Of a stretch of DNA of 64,000 bases, positions 1 to 9,646 are shown in pieces (position 1 is the first letter of the stretch; each line of letters starts with the position of its first letter). The DNA is from Neisseria sp. (GTDB lineage: Bacteria > Pseudomonadota > Gammaproteobacteria > Burkholderiales > Neisseriaceae). The stretch spans positions 86,141-150,140 of the forward strand of contig NZ_JAUMZU010000001.1 of NCBI RefSeq assembly GCF_030527965.1, written 5' to 3'. The notes beneath the pieces were generated by a model. The model made no database searches. It was not told the origin of the DNA and was given only the letters and a program-made list of their open reading frames with translations. Position numbers and translations under genes: made by a program.

Positions 1-99
1 GCCCGGCAGGCGGGTACGATTGCTTATGAACTGCTGTGTAATGTGAAGCGCGCTCATTTTGTTTATATAGAATGATGTTTTTTGATTTGAAAGCAAAAA

Positions 100-125
100 G
101 CCTGTCTGAAAATTTTCAGACAGGC
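100..125. terminator. DUS inverted pair (gcctgtctgaa / ttcagacaggc) forming hairpin; putative terminator
   Basis: Perfect inverted DUS copies separated by 4 nt, followed by T-run; downstream of GT2 gene on minus strand. Confidence 0.6.
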
Positions 126-167
126 TTTTTTTCATGATTTGGTAAAAAATAGTGGCAGGTTTATTCA

Positions 168-953
168 TTATTTATTTTTCGACATCAACCACAATGCAGC
201 ATACTTGTTGAATGCGGATTGGGCGGATAACACGGATAACAAAAATCCGTGTTTACCATCCAGAAAGCCGGCTTTCAGAAAATACATTTTGACAAAACTG
301 CTTAATCCATGAGAGATGGCTTGGGCTAACGTGGCGCTTTGGTTTTGAGATAATCGCTGCTCGGCCCAAATTTTACTGTAAAGGTTTTGTTTGGCGAGAA
401 ATTGCTCTAATGTGGCGTAGGTGTAGTGCAGGGCATCGCCGTTGAGTTTGGTGATGCGGGCACCTGATGGTATCAGCACTTTTTCATGGATTAAGTCGTC
501 GCTGTAACGGGCGTGCCGAGTGGGATAGAGGCGTACTACCCAATCAGGATACCAACCGCAATGGCGGATGAATGCCCCGAAGGTATTGCTTAATCGGTTA
601 AATTCAAACAATGTTTTTCCATCTGCAGGCGTGTTTTTCAATGCAGCTTGAATGCTTTCGCATAATTCGGGGGTAAGGCGCTCGTCGGCATCAAGCCAGA
701 GTGTCCATTCGGTATCGATATACTGATGGGCGCGATTGCGTTGCGGGCCGAATCCGGGCCAGTCGGCATGAGTATAGAAGCGTGCGTTGAAACGGGCGGC
801 AATGCTTGCCGTTTCGTCGCTGCTGCCTGAATCGATAATGATAATTTGATCGGTCAGGCTTTTTATGCTGTTCAGACAGGCTTCGAGGTTATTCGCTTCG
901 TTTTTGGTAATCAGGGCAACGGTTAGGCCGGGTTGTAAAACGCATTCGGTCAT
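168..953 (-). CDS. Family 2 glycosyltransferase (LPS/LOS core-type, WaaE/LgtF-like)
   Basis: 261 aa; N-terminal GT-A fold motifs (VALITKNEANNLEACL..., DSGSSDET, LDADE) typical of GT2 LPS core glycosyltransferases. Confidence 0.8.
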   Translation of the reverse strand: MTECVLQPGLTVALITKNEANNLEACLNSIKSLTDQIIIIDSGSSDETASIAARFNARFYTHADWPGFGPQRNRAHQYIDTEWTLWLDADERLTPELCESIQAALKNTPADGKTLFEFNRLSNTFGAFIRHCGWYPDWVVRLYPTRHARYSDDLIHEKVLIPSGARITKLNGDALHYTYATLEQFLAKQNLYSKIWAEQRLSQNQSATLAQAISHGLSSFVKMYFLKAGFLDGKHGFLLSVLSAQSAFNKYAALWLMSKNK

Positions 954-975
954 AATGAATTTCTATATGGAAAAC

Positions 976-1929
976 TTAAGGAAGTTGGCTGATGGATTCT
1001 GCTAATTCTCGAAACATGGTTTCCGCATCGACTTCTGTTATCCAATAGGCGTTTTTCGCTTTCCCCGTCGTACCCCACCAGTCGACAACGCATGCACCCA
1101 TGGTGAGCTCGCTGCCGGTTTCTACCTCAACATGGCATTCTCGGCCGCTGAATAATTCGGGAAAAACAGCACAGGCAATGGCGCAAGGATCGTGCAGAGG
1201 GCCGCCTTCAGTGCCGAATTTTTGAATGTCGTAGCGCTCGTAACTTTGCAATATGCCTGCCAGACGGGGGCCGTTTTGGTTATTTTGACGCCTTAAAACA
1301 TCCATTCTCGGTGTGGTGATGCAGGCTTTATGTGTTACATCAAGCGGCAGAATGGTAATCGGCGCACCGCTCTGCAACACGATTTGAGCGGCATGAGGGT
1401 CGCAGTAAAAATTGAATTCGGCCGCAGGCGTGATGTTGCCGGCTTCGAAGTAATTTCCGCCCATCAGCACAATACGCTTAATGGCTCGTATGCATTCGGG
1501 AGCTGCGGTCAAAACTTGTGCGATGTTGGTTAACGGGCCGATGGGGCAGATAACAATGCTTGCGTCTTCCGCGGTGCGCAAAGTATGGATGAGGTAATCT
1601 ATCGCAGATTGTTTTTGCAGAGGGCACTCGGGCGAATGTCGTTCCACTCCGTTCAGGCCCGTGTTACCGTGCACTTCTTCTGCGGTAACTAGTTTTCTCA
1701 ATAAAGGCTTGGCTGCACCCGCATAAACCGGAAAATCGTTTTGCCCCGCCCAATCGCAGATAATGCGGGCGTTTTCGGAGGTGTAGTCGATATTGACATT
1801 GCCGGCTACGGCGGTAATAGACATAAAGTCAACCAATCCTCGTTTGGCCAGACCGTGAGCCATCAAAATGGCTGCGGCATCGTCTTGGCCGGGGTCTGTA
1901 TCAATAATCAGGCGGATTTTTTCTGTCAT
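976..1929 (-). CDS. Inosine-uridine preferring nucleoside hydrolase (RihA/IunH family)
   Basis: IIDTDPGQDDAAAIL signature (DXDXXXDD) of nucleoside hydrolases; track ORF starts at TTG 1983, ATG at 1929 (MTEKIRL) more likely. Confidence 0.85.
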   Translation of the reverse strand: MTEKIRLIIDTDPGQDDAAAILMAHGLAKRGLVDFMSITAVAGNVNIDYTSENARIICDWAGQNDFPVYAGAAKPLLRKLVTAEEVHGNTGLNGVERHSPECPLQKQSAIDYLIHTLRTAEDASIVICPIGPLTNIAQVLTAAPECIRAIKRIVLMGGNYFEAGNITPAAEFNFYCDPHAAQIVLQSGAPITILPLDVTHKACITTPRMDVLRRQNNQNGPRLAGILQSYERYDIQKFGTEGGPLHDPCAIACAVFPELFSGRECHVEVETGSELTMGACVVDWWGTTGKAKNAYWITEVDAETMFRELAESISQLP

Positions 1930-2025
1930 AACCGTAGCTTTCGATAGCAAATTCTGCGAGGTTTCAGAGTGTAACCCAGTCAAGATAACGATACAATACG
2001 CATTTCTTTTTTCAGACAGGCATTC

Positions 2026-3003
2026 TTGTTTATGCGCTTGGTTTTAGCTCCCATGCAGGGTTTGACAGATGATGTGATGCGCGATTTATTAACGCGAATC
2101 GGTGGATTTGACGAATGTGTAAGCGAATTCGTGCGCATCACGCATACGGTGCATTCCCGTGCGACTTGGTTTCGTTATGCACCGGAAATGGCTAACGGCA
2201 ACAAAACTTTCGCGGGAACGCCCTGTACGGTTCAGCTTCTGGGCAGCGATGCCGAAAATATGGCGGTAAACGCATTGGGAGCGGTTCGTTTCGGAGCCGA
2301 TAAAATCGATTTGAATTTCGGCTGCCCTGCGCCGACGGTCAACAAGCATCAAGGCGGTGCGGTTTTGTTGAAAGAGCCGGAGCGGGTTTTGCATATCGTA
2401 AAAACGTTGCGCGATGCCTTGCCCGAGCATATTCCGCTAACGGCCAAAATGCGTTTGGGTTTTGAAGACAAAACATTGGCCTTGGAAAACGCCTGCGCCA
2501 TTGCAGAGGGCGGCGCATGCGCATTAACCGTGCATGCGCGCACTAAAGTAGAAGGCTATGAACCGCCGGCACACTGGGCCTGGGTTAGGAAAATTGCCGA
2601 AGCCATCGAAATTCCCGTTACAGCAAACGGCGATGTATTTACGCTGGAAGATTATATCGGCATCAAAAAAGAAAGCGGTTGCGATAGTGTGATGCTGGGT
2701 AGGGGCGCAGTGATGGTACCTGATTTGGCGCGGCAGATTAAGCGGTATGAAAACGGTGAACCAACCGAAGCCATGACATTTGCGGAAGTGATAGATTGGA
2801 TTTTATTGTTTGTAGATTTATGCGTGAAAAAAGAAGGCGAAAATAAATATCCCGTTGCAAGATTGAAACAATGGCTGGGTATGATGAAGAAAGCATATTT
2901 TGATGCAAATGAGTTATTTGATGCTGTTCGGTCTGAAAAAGAGATAAACGGTATTAAAGCAATTTTATATCATTTTCAATTGAAGCTAAAAAACACTTTA
3001 TAA
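2026..3003 (+). CDS. dusC: tRNA-dihydrouridine(16) synthase DusC
   Basis: 325 aa; strong similarity pattern to E. coli DusC (LAPMEG.TD..R, NCGCP, HGRTK, IANGDI) across full length. Confidence 0.85.
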   Translation: MFMRLVLAPMQGLTDDVMRDLLTRIGGFDECVSEFVRITHTVHSRATWFRYAPEMANGNKTFAGTPCTVQLLGSDAENMAVNALGAVRFGADKIDLNFGCPAPTVNKHQGGAVLLKEPERVLHIVKTLRDALPEHIPLTAKMRLGFEDKTLALENACAIAEGGACALTVHARTKVEGYEPPAHWAWVRKIAEAIEIPVTANGDVFTLEDYIGIKKESGCDSVMLGRGAVMVPDLARQIKRYENGEPTEAMTFAEVIDWILLFVDLCVKKEGENKYPVARLKQWLGMMKKAYFDANELFDAVRSEKEINGIKAILYHFQLKLKNTL

Positions 3004-3056
3004 TCATAATAAATTTTAAAAGTTCATTTTAATATCACATCACAAGGGGAACAAAA

Positions 3057-5450
3057 ATGAAAACTCAGCATCTTACCCTAGGTCTAGAAATCGGATTACA
3101 AGATCTCATACATATGCAAGAAATCATTAAACAATCACAAGAAATTTTCGTAGCAGACAAAGAAAATAACAGCCTGGTTGCTGAAGAATTGAATACGGAA
3201 GAGCCGTTGGCTTTAGAAGAACAAAATGCGTTTCAGATTTTTCCTGAAAATTGGGTGGCCTTAGACGATAAGGAGCAGCCGGCTCAGAATAGCATGGGTT
3301 ATACCCATTTGGCCGAGAATACTTTTGTTGATGTAACCGACGTAAAAACCGCTTCGGATGCAACGGCTGCCGAAGAAGTAGAACCGGTTGCGGCTGAGGG
3401 TTCGAGCAAAATGCCTTGGATTCTAGGCGGCGCAGGGCTATTGCTGGCCGGTGTGGCCGCAGCGGCGGCAGGCGGCGGTTCCGGTGGTGGAGATTCGAAT
3501 TCTTCCGCTCAATCATCAGCAGGGCAAACTAAAAATAATACGGCCGGCGCTAACTCGAATAGTCAAACTGGAGACAGCCAAAGTAGAGAAGAGGAAAACA
3601 AAGGCTCTTCAACGGCCAATCAAACCGCAAACAACAATACTTCCGCTTCTTCCAGCCAGACTGATGCCAACCAGAGCGCATCAACAACGGATAATCAAAC
3701 AACCACCAATAACACAGAGCAGACCACCGATTCGCAAAACCAAGCGGCAAAGAATACCGATGCTGCTCAAACAACGGATACAGCCGCTTCAACTGATACG
3801 GCAAAGCAAAACACAAATACTAATAGCGCTTCTTCCCAATCTACCGAAACATCGGGTCAAAGCACCAGTTCGAATACAGCGTCGCAAAATTCTACGGAGA
3901 CGAAGAATACGGATTCAAGCCAGAATAGCAAGGCATCTGATTCTGCCGCCAGCAACACCACAACCACCGATAATACGGCCGCCAAAGATACTGGGTCATC
4001 AAGCACGGGTTCGACGGCCACCAAGCAATCTAATGCCGATTCAAGCGCTTCCACGTCTGATAATACGTCTAATACGTCGGCAAACCAGAATACTTCATCC
4101 GACGCCACCAGCAAGCAAAGCGGCTTGACGCTGGATATTGCCAAGCATTTTTATTCTGCCGATGTGATTAAAAAATACATCGATACCATCAGCAAGGCGG
4201 GCGGTAATTTTCTGCAACTGCATTTGTCTGATGATGATAACTATGCTTTTGAGAGCACGGTGCTCAATCAGCGCGTGGAAAATGCCACGCTGAATGCCGA
4301 CGGCACCTATACCAATCCGGTATCCGGCAAACAATTCTTGAGCTACACACAAATTGCCGATGTGGTTTCCTATGCCAAGGCCAAAGGGGTGGAACTGATT
4401 CCCGAAGTGGATACGCCCAACCATATGGATGCCATATTCACCTTGTTGGAGCAATATAAGGGGGCGGATTATGTGAAAAGCATTAAATCCGAAGTGGTGA
4501 ATGATGAAGTTAAGATTACCGACAGCACGGCCATCAGCTTTGTGAAAAGCCTGTATAGCGAAGTGATCGGCTTGATGGATGGTAACAGCAAGCATTTCCA
4601 TATCGGCGGTGATGAATTCGGCTACAGCGCTTCGAATAATCACGAATTCATCACTTATGCCAATACAATGTCGGAATTTCTGGCCAATCAGGGTTTGACT
4701 ACCCGTATGTGGAACGACGGATTGCTGAAAACCAGTTTGTCGTCGTTAAACACCAATATTGAAATCACTTATTGGAGCTACGACGGCAATCCTACCGATG
4801 CGGCCACCGCAAGCGAACGGCGTGCCGAACGCGCCAGTATGCAAGATTTGCTTGACGACGGATTCGATGTTTTGAATTACAACTGGTATTACCTCTATTT
4901 CGTTCCTAAAGACGGGGTAACCAACGCCGAAAGCGGTGCACATATGGCCAGCGATATTCAAACCAAATGGGATTTAAGCGTTTGGGACGGCACCACCACC
5001 ACCAATAAAGTTTCGGATACCGGCCATGTTATCGGCTCTTCCTTAACCATCTGGGGGGAAAATGCCGGCAACCTGACCGACGACAAGATTTACGAATGGA
5101 GTGCCAACGGTTTGTCTGCTTTAATCAGCAAAACGCATGCCGAGTCGGTGGATAAAAGCACCTTGACTAAAGTAACGGTGGAAATAAATGAATCGACACC
5201 GGCCAACAAGGTTGTGGATTTGGATGATTCGGCTTCTGAGCTGGTTTCCCTTTCTGCTACCGATGATTTTCTATCCAGCGGCAATGCGTTCGTATGGTTG
5301 AACGGCGGCACCGATGATATGGTGACTTTGTCGTCGGGCTGGACGGCAAGCGGAGCCAGCGAATTGAAAGGCGATGTCAGCTATTCGCTTTATAAAAACG
5401 GTCAAAACCATTTGTATGTTGATACGGATATTGCGGTGCAGATTGTTTGA
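3057..5450 (+). CDS. GH20 beta-N-acetylhexosaminidase, dispersin-B-like, with acidic N-domain, TM segment and ~270-aa S/T/N/Q-rich low-complexity linker
   Basis: HFHIGGDEFGY catalytic motif (H-x-G-G-D-E of GH20, as in DspB); TM-like MPWILGGAGLLLAGVAAAAAGG at aa 119-140; good RBS aagggga before ATG 3057. Confidence 0.75.
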   Translation: MKTQHLTLGLEIGLQDLIHMQEIIKQSQEIFVADKENNSLVAEELNTEEPLALEEQNAFQIFPENWVALDDKEQPAQNSMGYTHLAENTFVDVTDVKTASDATAAEEVEPVAAEGSSKMPWILGGAGLLLAGVAAAAAGGGSGGGDSNSSAQSSAGQTKNNTAGANSNSQTGDSQSREEENKGSSTANQTANNNTSASSSQTDANQSASTTDNQTTTNNTEQTTDSQNQAAKNTDAAQTTDTAASTDTAKQNTNTNSASSQSTETSGQSTSSNTASQNSTETKNTDSSQNSKASDSAASNTTTTDNTAAKDTGSSSTGSTATKQSNADSSASTSDNTSNTSANQNTSSDATSKQSGLTLDIAKHFYSADVIKKYIDTISKAGGNFLQLHLSDDDNYAFESTVLNQRVENATLNADGTYTNPVSGKQFLSYTQIADVVSYAKAKGVELIPEVDTPNHMDAIFTLLEQYKGADYVKSIKSEVVNDEVKITDSTAISFVKSLYSEVIGLMDGNSKHFHIGGDEFGYSASNNHEFITYANTMSEFLANQGLTTRMWNDGLLKTSLSSLNTNIEITYWSYDGNPTDAATASERRAERASMQDLLDDGFDVLNYNWYYLYFVPKDGVTNAESGAHMASDIQTKWDLSVWDGTTTTNKVSDTGHVIGSSLTIWGENAGNLTDDKIYEWSANGLSALISKTHAESVDKSTLTKVTVEINESTPANKVVDLDDSASELVSLSATDDFLSSGNAFVWLNGGTDDMVTLSSGWTASGASELKGDVSYSLYKNGQNHLYVDTDIAVQIV

Positions 5451-5471
5451 CCTGCTACACGCATAAACAAA

Positions 5472-5499
5472 GCCTGTCTGAAAAATCGTTCAGACAGGC
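5472..5499. terminator. DUS inverted pair hairpin downstream of GH20 gene
   Basis: gcctgtctgaa ... ttcagacaggc inverted repeat; two further single DUS copies at ~5531 and ~5600. Confidence 0.6.
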
Positions 5500-5671
5500 A
5501 TTTGTTTATGCTTCAAAGCCATGATTATCAAGCCTGTCTGAAAGCCCGAGCGTCATCAGTGTTCCGTTGGTCGGCTTTAACTTGCCGTTATTTGTGTTCA
5601 GACAGGCATTGGTTTCGGGTGTGTTAAACTCAAAATTCAGATATGTTCCAAGCCATTTCAAAAGGATCAAT

Positions 5672-7153
5672 ATGGTGATTTCTTGGACTCAGATATTGGT
5701 TTTCCTACACAGTATCGCCGCACTGGCCTGCATGGTGCGCGTGCTCTACAAGCAACGCAATACAGGCACGGCATTTGCCTGGCTGATTATCTTGTTTTTA
5801 TTTCCGCTTTTTGGCGTGATTGCTTATATGCTGGTGGGCGAGCCGCGGCTGGGCATGGCACGGGCTAAACGCTCTGAAGAAATGAACCGTTTTTACAGCC
5901 GATTTGTAGAAAACCATATGGCGGATGCCGATATGGAAGTTACTGATTCGATAAGCCGCCGTTATCAAGGCATTGCACAGGTAGCAGCCGACACCACCGG
6001 TTTGGGCGTAACCAAAAACAACGCCATCAAGCTGCTTTCCACTACCGATGAAATCGTGGATGCAATGTTGGCCGACATTCGCGCGGCACAACAATCCTGC
6101 CTGTTGGCATTTTATATTATCGAGCCGCAGGGCAAAATCGAGGCCTTACTCAACGCGGTGATTGACGCTTCCCAACGCGGTTTGAATTGTGTCATTCTCG
6201 CCGATGCGGTGGGCAGCGCATCGTTTTTCCATAGCACATGGCCGGACAAATTGAAAATTGCCGGCGTGGAAGTGCGGATGGCGTTACCGGTCGGCCCTTT
6301 GCGCACTTTATTTACCCGCAGCGATCTGCGCAACCATCGAAAAATTCTGCTGGTCGATAAAAAAATCGGCTATACCGGCAGCTTCAATCTGGTTGATCCG
6401 CGTTTTTTCAAACAAGGTTCGGGCGTGGGCGAATGGGTGGACGTGATGATGCGCTGCACAGGGCCGATGGTGTTGGAAATGTTGGCCGTGTTTTATGCGG
6501 ATGTGGCGGTGGAAGACGACGAAAGCCTGTCTGAAGTACAAAAATACCTGACCGACAGTTCCGGCATTATTACCGGTTTGTTGCCGCAGAAAAGGCAGGC
6601 GGGCAAAATTATGGCTCAGGTTATCCCTTCTGCGCCGGATCAGGCGCAACGGGTAATTTACGATACCATCGTCAGCATTATCTATGCGGCGACCCGGAAA
6701 ATTGTGATTACGACGCCTTATTTTGTTCCCGACGATCCCTTGCTGACAGCGCTAACCGTGGCGGCTAAACGCGGCGTAGACGTTACGCTGGTGCTTCCGG
6801 CCAAAGTCGATTCGCTGATGGTTCGTTATGCTTCGCAGGCGTATTACCCCATGTTGATGAAAGCGGGTGTTAAAATCGCTCTGTTTGAAGGCGGATTGCT
6901 GCATGCCAAAACACTTACCGTAGACAGCCGTTATACTTTGTTTGGCACGGTCAACATGGATATGCGCAGTTTCTTTCTGAATTTGGAAATCAGCCTGGCT
7001 ATTTATGATGAGAGTGTTACTGAAGAAGTTGCCGCTTTGCAGCAACGTTATTTGGATAATAGCCGCTATGTTACCGTCAGTGCTTGGCAGCAACGCAGCA
7101 AATGGTGGAGTTTGGTTGAAAACGGCGTCAGATTGCTTGCGCCTTTGTTGTAG
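5672..7153 (+). CDS. cls: Cardiolipin synthase (ClsA-type, two HKD motifs)
   Basis: N-terminal TM helices, HRKILLVD and HAKTLTVD HKD motifs; ATG 5672 with RBS aaagga preferred over track start 5567. Confidence 0.85.
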   Translation: MVISWTQILVFLHSIAALACMVRVLYKQRNTGTAFAWLIILFLFPLFGVIAYMLVGEPRLGMARAKRSEEMNRFYSRFVENHMADADMEVTDSISRRYQGIAQVAADTTGLGVTKNNAIKLLSTTDEIVDAMLADIRAAQQSCLLAFYIIEPQGKIEALLNAVIDASQRGLNCVILADAVGSASFFHSTWPDKLKIAGVEVRMALPVGPLRTLFTRSDLRNHRKILLVDKKIGYTGSFNLVDPRFFKQGSGVGEWVDVMMRCTGPMVLEMLAVFYADVAVEDDESLSEVQKYLTDSSGIITGLLPQKRQAGKIMAQVIPSAPDQAQRVIYDTIVSIIYAATRKIVITTPYFVPDDPLLTALTVAAKRGVDVTLVLPAKVDSLMVRYASQAYYPMLMKAGVKIALFEGGLLHAKTLTVDSRYTLFGTVNMDMRSFFLNLEISLAIYDESVTEEVAALQQRYLDNSRYVTVSAWQQRSKWWSLVENGVRLLAPLL

Positions 7154-7162
7154 CTTGGCGTG

Positions 7163-7345
7163 CTATATAAAAAAATCAGGTTTTTTGTATTCACACAAAA
7201 AACCTGATTTTTTTCCTTTCCGGCTGTAAGCGCCTTTGCCTTTTTTCGGCTTATGCGTTTTAGGTTGGAATAAATTGGATTTGACCAATGCTTTTAAGGC
7301 ATTATCTTGGATTTTGCCTTTATTGATTTCTACTTTTCGAGCCAT
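7163..7345 (-). CDS. arfA: Alternative ribosome-rescue factor ArfA
   Basis: 60 aa; GKIQDNALKALVKSNLFQPK..KKGKGAYSRKGK matches E. coli ArfA ([36 protein letters not shown]); RBS aaaggaaaa. Confidence 0.75.
   Translation of the reverse strand: MARKVEINKGKIQDNALKALVKSNLFQPKTHKPKKGKGAYSRKGKKSGFLCEYKKPDFFI
7169..7214. terminator. Bidirectional intrinsic terminator (20-bp perfect stem, A-run/T-run flanks) lying inside arfA 3' coding region and just after cls stop
   Basis: aaaaaaatcaggttttttgt / attcac / acaaaaaacctgattttttt. Confidence 0.75.
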
Positions 7346-7505
7346 GATTTTCCTTTAAGTTTTTCCAGCAATGCCTGTTTGAAAAAGGTTCAGACAGGCA
7401 TTGCCGTTGGAATCGGCATTATATGTAAAAAACGTTTGCTCGGCAAAAAGGCGGGGCTAAAAAAGAAAACGGATAAGTAAGAAGCGGCAAAAACGATACG
7501 TTTTA

Positions 7506-8276
7506 TTACCGGTCGGCCTGATAAAGCAATTCCGCCATAGCCGATAGGCGGCGCGTGTCGTTGCCCAGCCATTGTGCTTTTAGTTTGCGCAACCATAAAG
7601 CGGAGCGGTAGTTGCGGCGCAACCCGCTTTGCAGCGGGGCAGGCAGGCTTCGAAAATGGGCTTGCCAAATTGCAACTGCAGGTGCCAGATTTCCAGAGCG
7701 TTCGAGCCAGGTGGCGGCCGATTGCAGATAACACAGGTAATCGCGGCATTGGCATTGTATGAGCGGCATATATTGGGCAGGATCATCTTCAAAATCGATG
7801 AAAGCAATGCCGCCGCCGTTTTCCTGTCGGATCATATTGCGTATAAAAGCCTGACTAAGATATTGCCCCGCATGATGTACCGCGGCGATGGCACGCAAAC
7901 CTTCTGCAAATGCGTTAAGCTGGGACGATACTTTTTCTATTTCGTGCATGAAACCGTGTTCGCCGACGCTGCTGAACATAATGGCGTCATCCGTTTGCGC
8001 CAGAAGAATGGGTACGGGTACGCCGGCGGCACTCAATTCGCGCAGTCGCCTTGCTTCGGTAACCAGCGCCTCTTTCCCGCCAAGATTCGGTACGGGTTGC
8101 AAGGCGCCGAGACGGAAGATTTTGCTGAGCATGCCCAACAGAGCATAGCGCCATTGTGGCACGGTTTTGCCGGTTTTGCGCACCCAAACGGTTTCGCCGT
8201 TTTCTAAAATGTAGCGGGCAATGGTTTCGGTTTGTTCAGACAGGCATTGAGCCAATTGGTTTTGGTAGTCGGGCAT
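7506..8276 (-). CDS. Hypothetical protein, possible protein-kinase-like fold (Kdo/WaaP-like?) lacking canonical HxD; translationally coupled to upstream oxidase
   Basis: ATG 8276 overlaps TGA of upstream gene (TGATG); IDFEDD and H..G....N-like motifs only weakly kinase-like. Confidence 0.45.
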   Translation of the reverse strand: MPDYQNQLAQCLSEQTETIARYILENGETVWVRKTGKTVPQWRYALLGMLSKIFRLGALQPVPNLGGKEALVTEARRLRELSAAGVPVPILLAQTDDAIMFSSVGEHGFMHEIEKVSSQLNAFAEGLRAIAAVHHAGQYLSQAFIRNMIRQENGGGIAFIDFEDDPAQYMPLIQCQCRDYLCYLQSAATWLERSGNLAPAVAIWQAHFRSLPAPLQSGLRRNYRSALWLRKLKAQWLGNDTRRLSAMAELLYQADR

Positions 8277-9577
8277 CAGAACAGGTCTTTGATTTGGTGG
8301 AAAGCCGAAGCGGCTGCAAGGGCCGGTTTGCGCAACCACGGGCCGCCGGGGATATCCCGATGGAGGAGTTTTTCAAATTGTTGCAGGCGGGCGGGGTTGC
8401 CTAAAATCGCTTCGGCAACAGCCAAGCCCGCAATGCCGCTGAGCGCAACGCCGTGGCCGGAAAAGCCCTGCATAAAATAAATATTGCTGGGCAGTTGGCC
8501 GAAATTGGGAGCGAGGTTGGCGGAAACGTCGCATTCGCCGCCCCAAGCATAATCGATACGGGCATTTTCCAATTGGGGGAAAACCTTTAACATGTTTTTT
8601 CGTAGCGTGCGGATAATGTGCTTTTGGCTGCGAGGGAAACTGCTGTCTTTTCCGCCGAAAAGCAACCTGCCGTCGGCGCTGAGGCGGAAGTAATCAAGGA
8701 TGTAGCAGTTGTCGCAGACGGCCATGTTGTTGCGTATCAATTCTTTTGCCTGCTGACCTAAAGGTTCCGTAGCGATGATGAAGCTGCCGACCGGGATGAT
8801 TTTTCGGTCGACTTTGTGTAGGGCGGTGGCGCTGATTTCGCCGATGCGGCTGTTTACCGCCACAATAAGATGTTTACAATGAATATCGGCGGCAGGCGTG
8901 CTGACGATAAACCCTTTTTGCAGTCGTTGTATGCCGTTGCACGGAGTGTCTTCGTAGATTTTCAATCCGGCGGAAACAGCGGCATCGGCTAAGCCGAGCG
9001 TATACTTGAGCGGATTCAGATGGCCTGATTTCGGGTCGAACAGGGCGCCGATGTAGTGCTCGCTGGCAAGGGCTTGTTGTAGACGGGTTTTATTCCACAA
9101 TTCATAATGCGTATAGCCGTAGCGCTTGGCGGCACGGTCGTGCCAGCTAACCAGCTCTTTGAAATGATGAGGGCGGATGGCAGCGGTGGCATAGCCGTAT
9201 TGCCAATCGCAATCGATTTGAAATTGGTTGATTCTCTGCTCAACCAATGCCACCGCGTCCAAGGATTGCTGCCAAAACCATTGCGCTTGCGGCAGACCAA
9301 CTTGTTTTTCGATTTCAATCATGCCACAGGCATAGTCGCTGATCACTTGTCCGCCGTTGCGGCCGGATGCGCCCGAGCCGATGCGACCTGCTTCAATCAT
9401 TACTACTTCACGTCCGTGCTCAACCAAAGGCAGTGCCGCGCCCAAGCCAGCCAAGCCGCCGCCGATAATGCAGATTTCTACATTCATAGATGCTTGCAAA
9501 GAAGGGCGCGCGGGTGGAAGGGCGATGCTGGAAGTGTAATAAGAATCAGGGTGATGGAAAGGCTCGGTTTGCGGCAT
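8276..9577 (-). CDS. FAD-dependent oxidoreductase, gamma-glutamylputrescine oxidase (PuuB)/DadA-like family
   Basis: 433 aa; Rossmann IIGGGLAGLGAAL; N-terminal SYYTSS aligns with PuuB SSYYAAS; similarity along the length (ILDYFRLSADGRLLFGG, IYFMQGFSGHGV). Confidence 0.8.
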   Translation of the reverse strand: MPQTEPFHHPDSYYTSSIALPPARPSLQASMNVEICIIGGGLAGLGAALPLVEHGREVVMIEAGRIGSGASGRNGGQVISDYACGMIEIEKQVGLPQAQWFWQQSLDAVALVEQRINQFQIDCDWQYGYATAAIRPHHFKELVSWHDRAAKRYGYTHYELWNKTRLQQALASEHYIGALFDPKSGHLNPLKYTLGLADAAVSAGLKIYEDTPCNGIQRLQKGFIVSTPAADIHCKHLIVAVNSRIGEISATALHKVDRKIIPVGSFIIATEPLGQQAKELIRNNMAVCDNCYILDYFRLSADGRLLFGGKDSSFPRSQKHIIRTLRKNMLKVFPQLENARIDYAWGGECDVSANLAPNFGQLPSNIYFMQGFSGHGVALSGIAGLAVAEAILGNPARLQQFEKLLHRDIPGGPWLRKPALAAASAFHQIKDLF

Positions 9578-9646
9578 AGTGAGAAAATGGGGGTTGGTAG
9601 TGGGCTTTATTGTATCGCGTAATGAGAAAGAGGCAAAATTCTGTAT

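Noticed and set aside
976-1983. N-terminal extensions in the ORF track (e.g. 976..1983, 5567.., 14921.., 15913.., 23229..24137, 27624..28907, 32824..34035, 33794..34639, 34549..36027, 36864.., 62246..63148)
   Set aside because: The track uses TTG/GTG or upstream in-frame codons. Internal ATGs with RBS and homolog N-terminal alignment give shorter, non-overlapping genes, so the extensions were trimmed.
3127-4643. Multiple long ORFs on other frames and the opposite strand overlapping the GH20 gene (e.g. 3451..4128, 3127..3516, 4095..4643)
   Set aside because: They arise from the compositionally biased S/T/N/Q-linker DNA, have no RBS or family resemblance (R/P/Q-rich junk), and are fully contained in a well-supported CDS.
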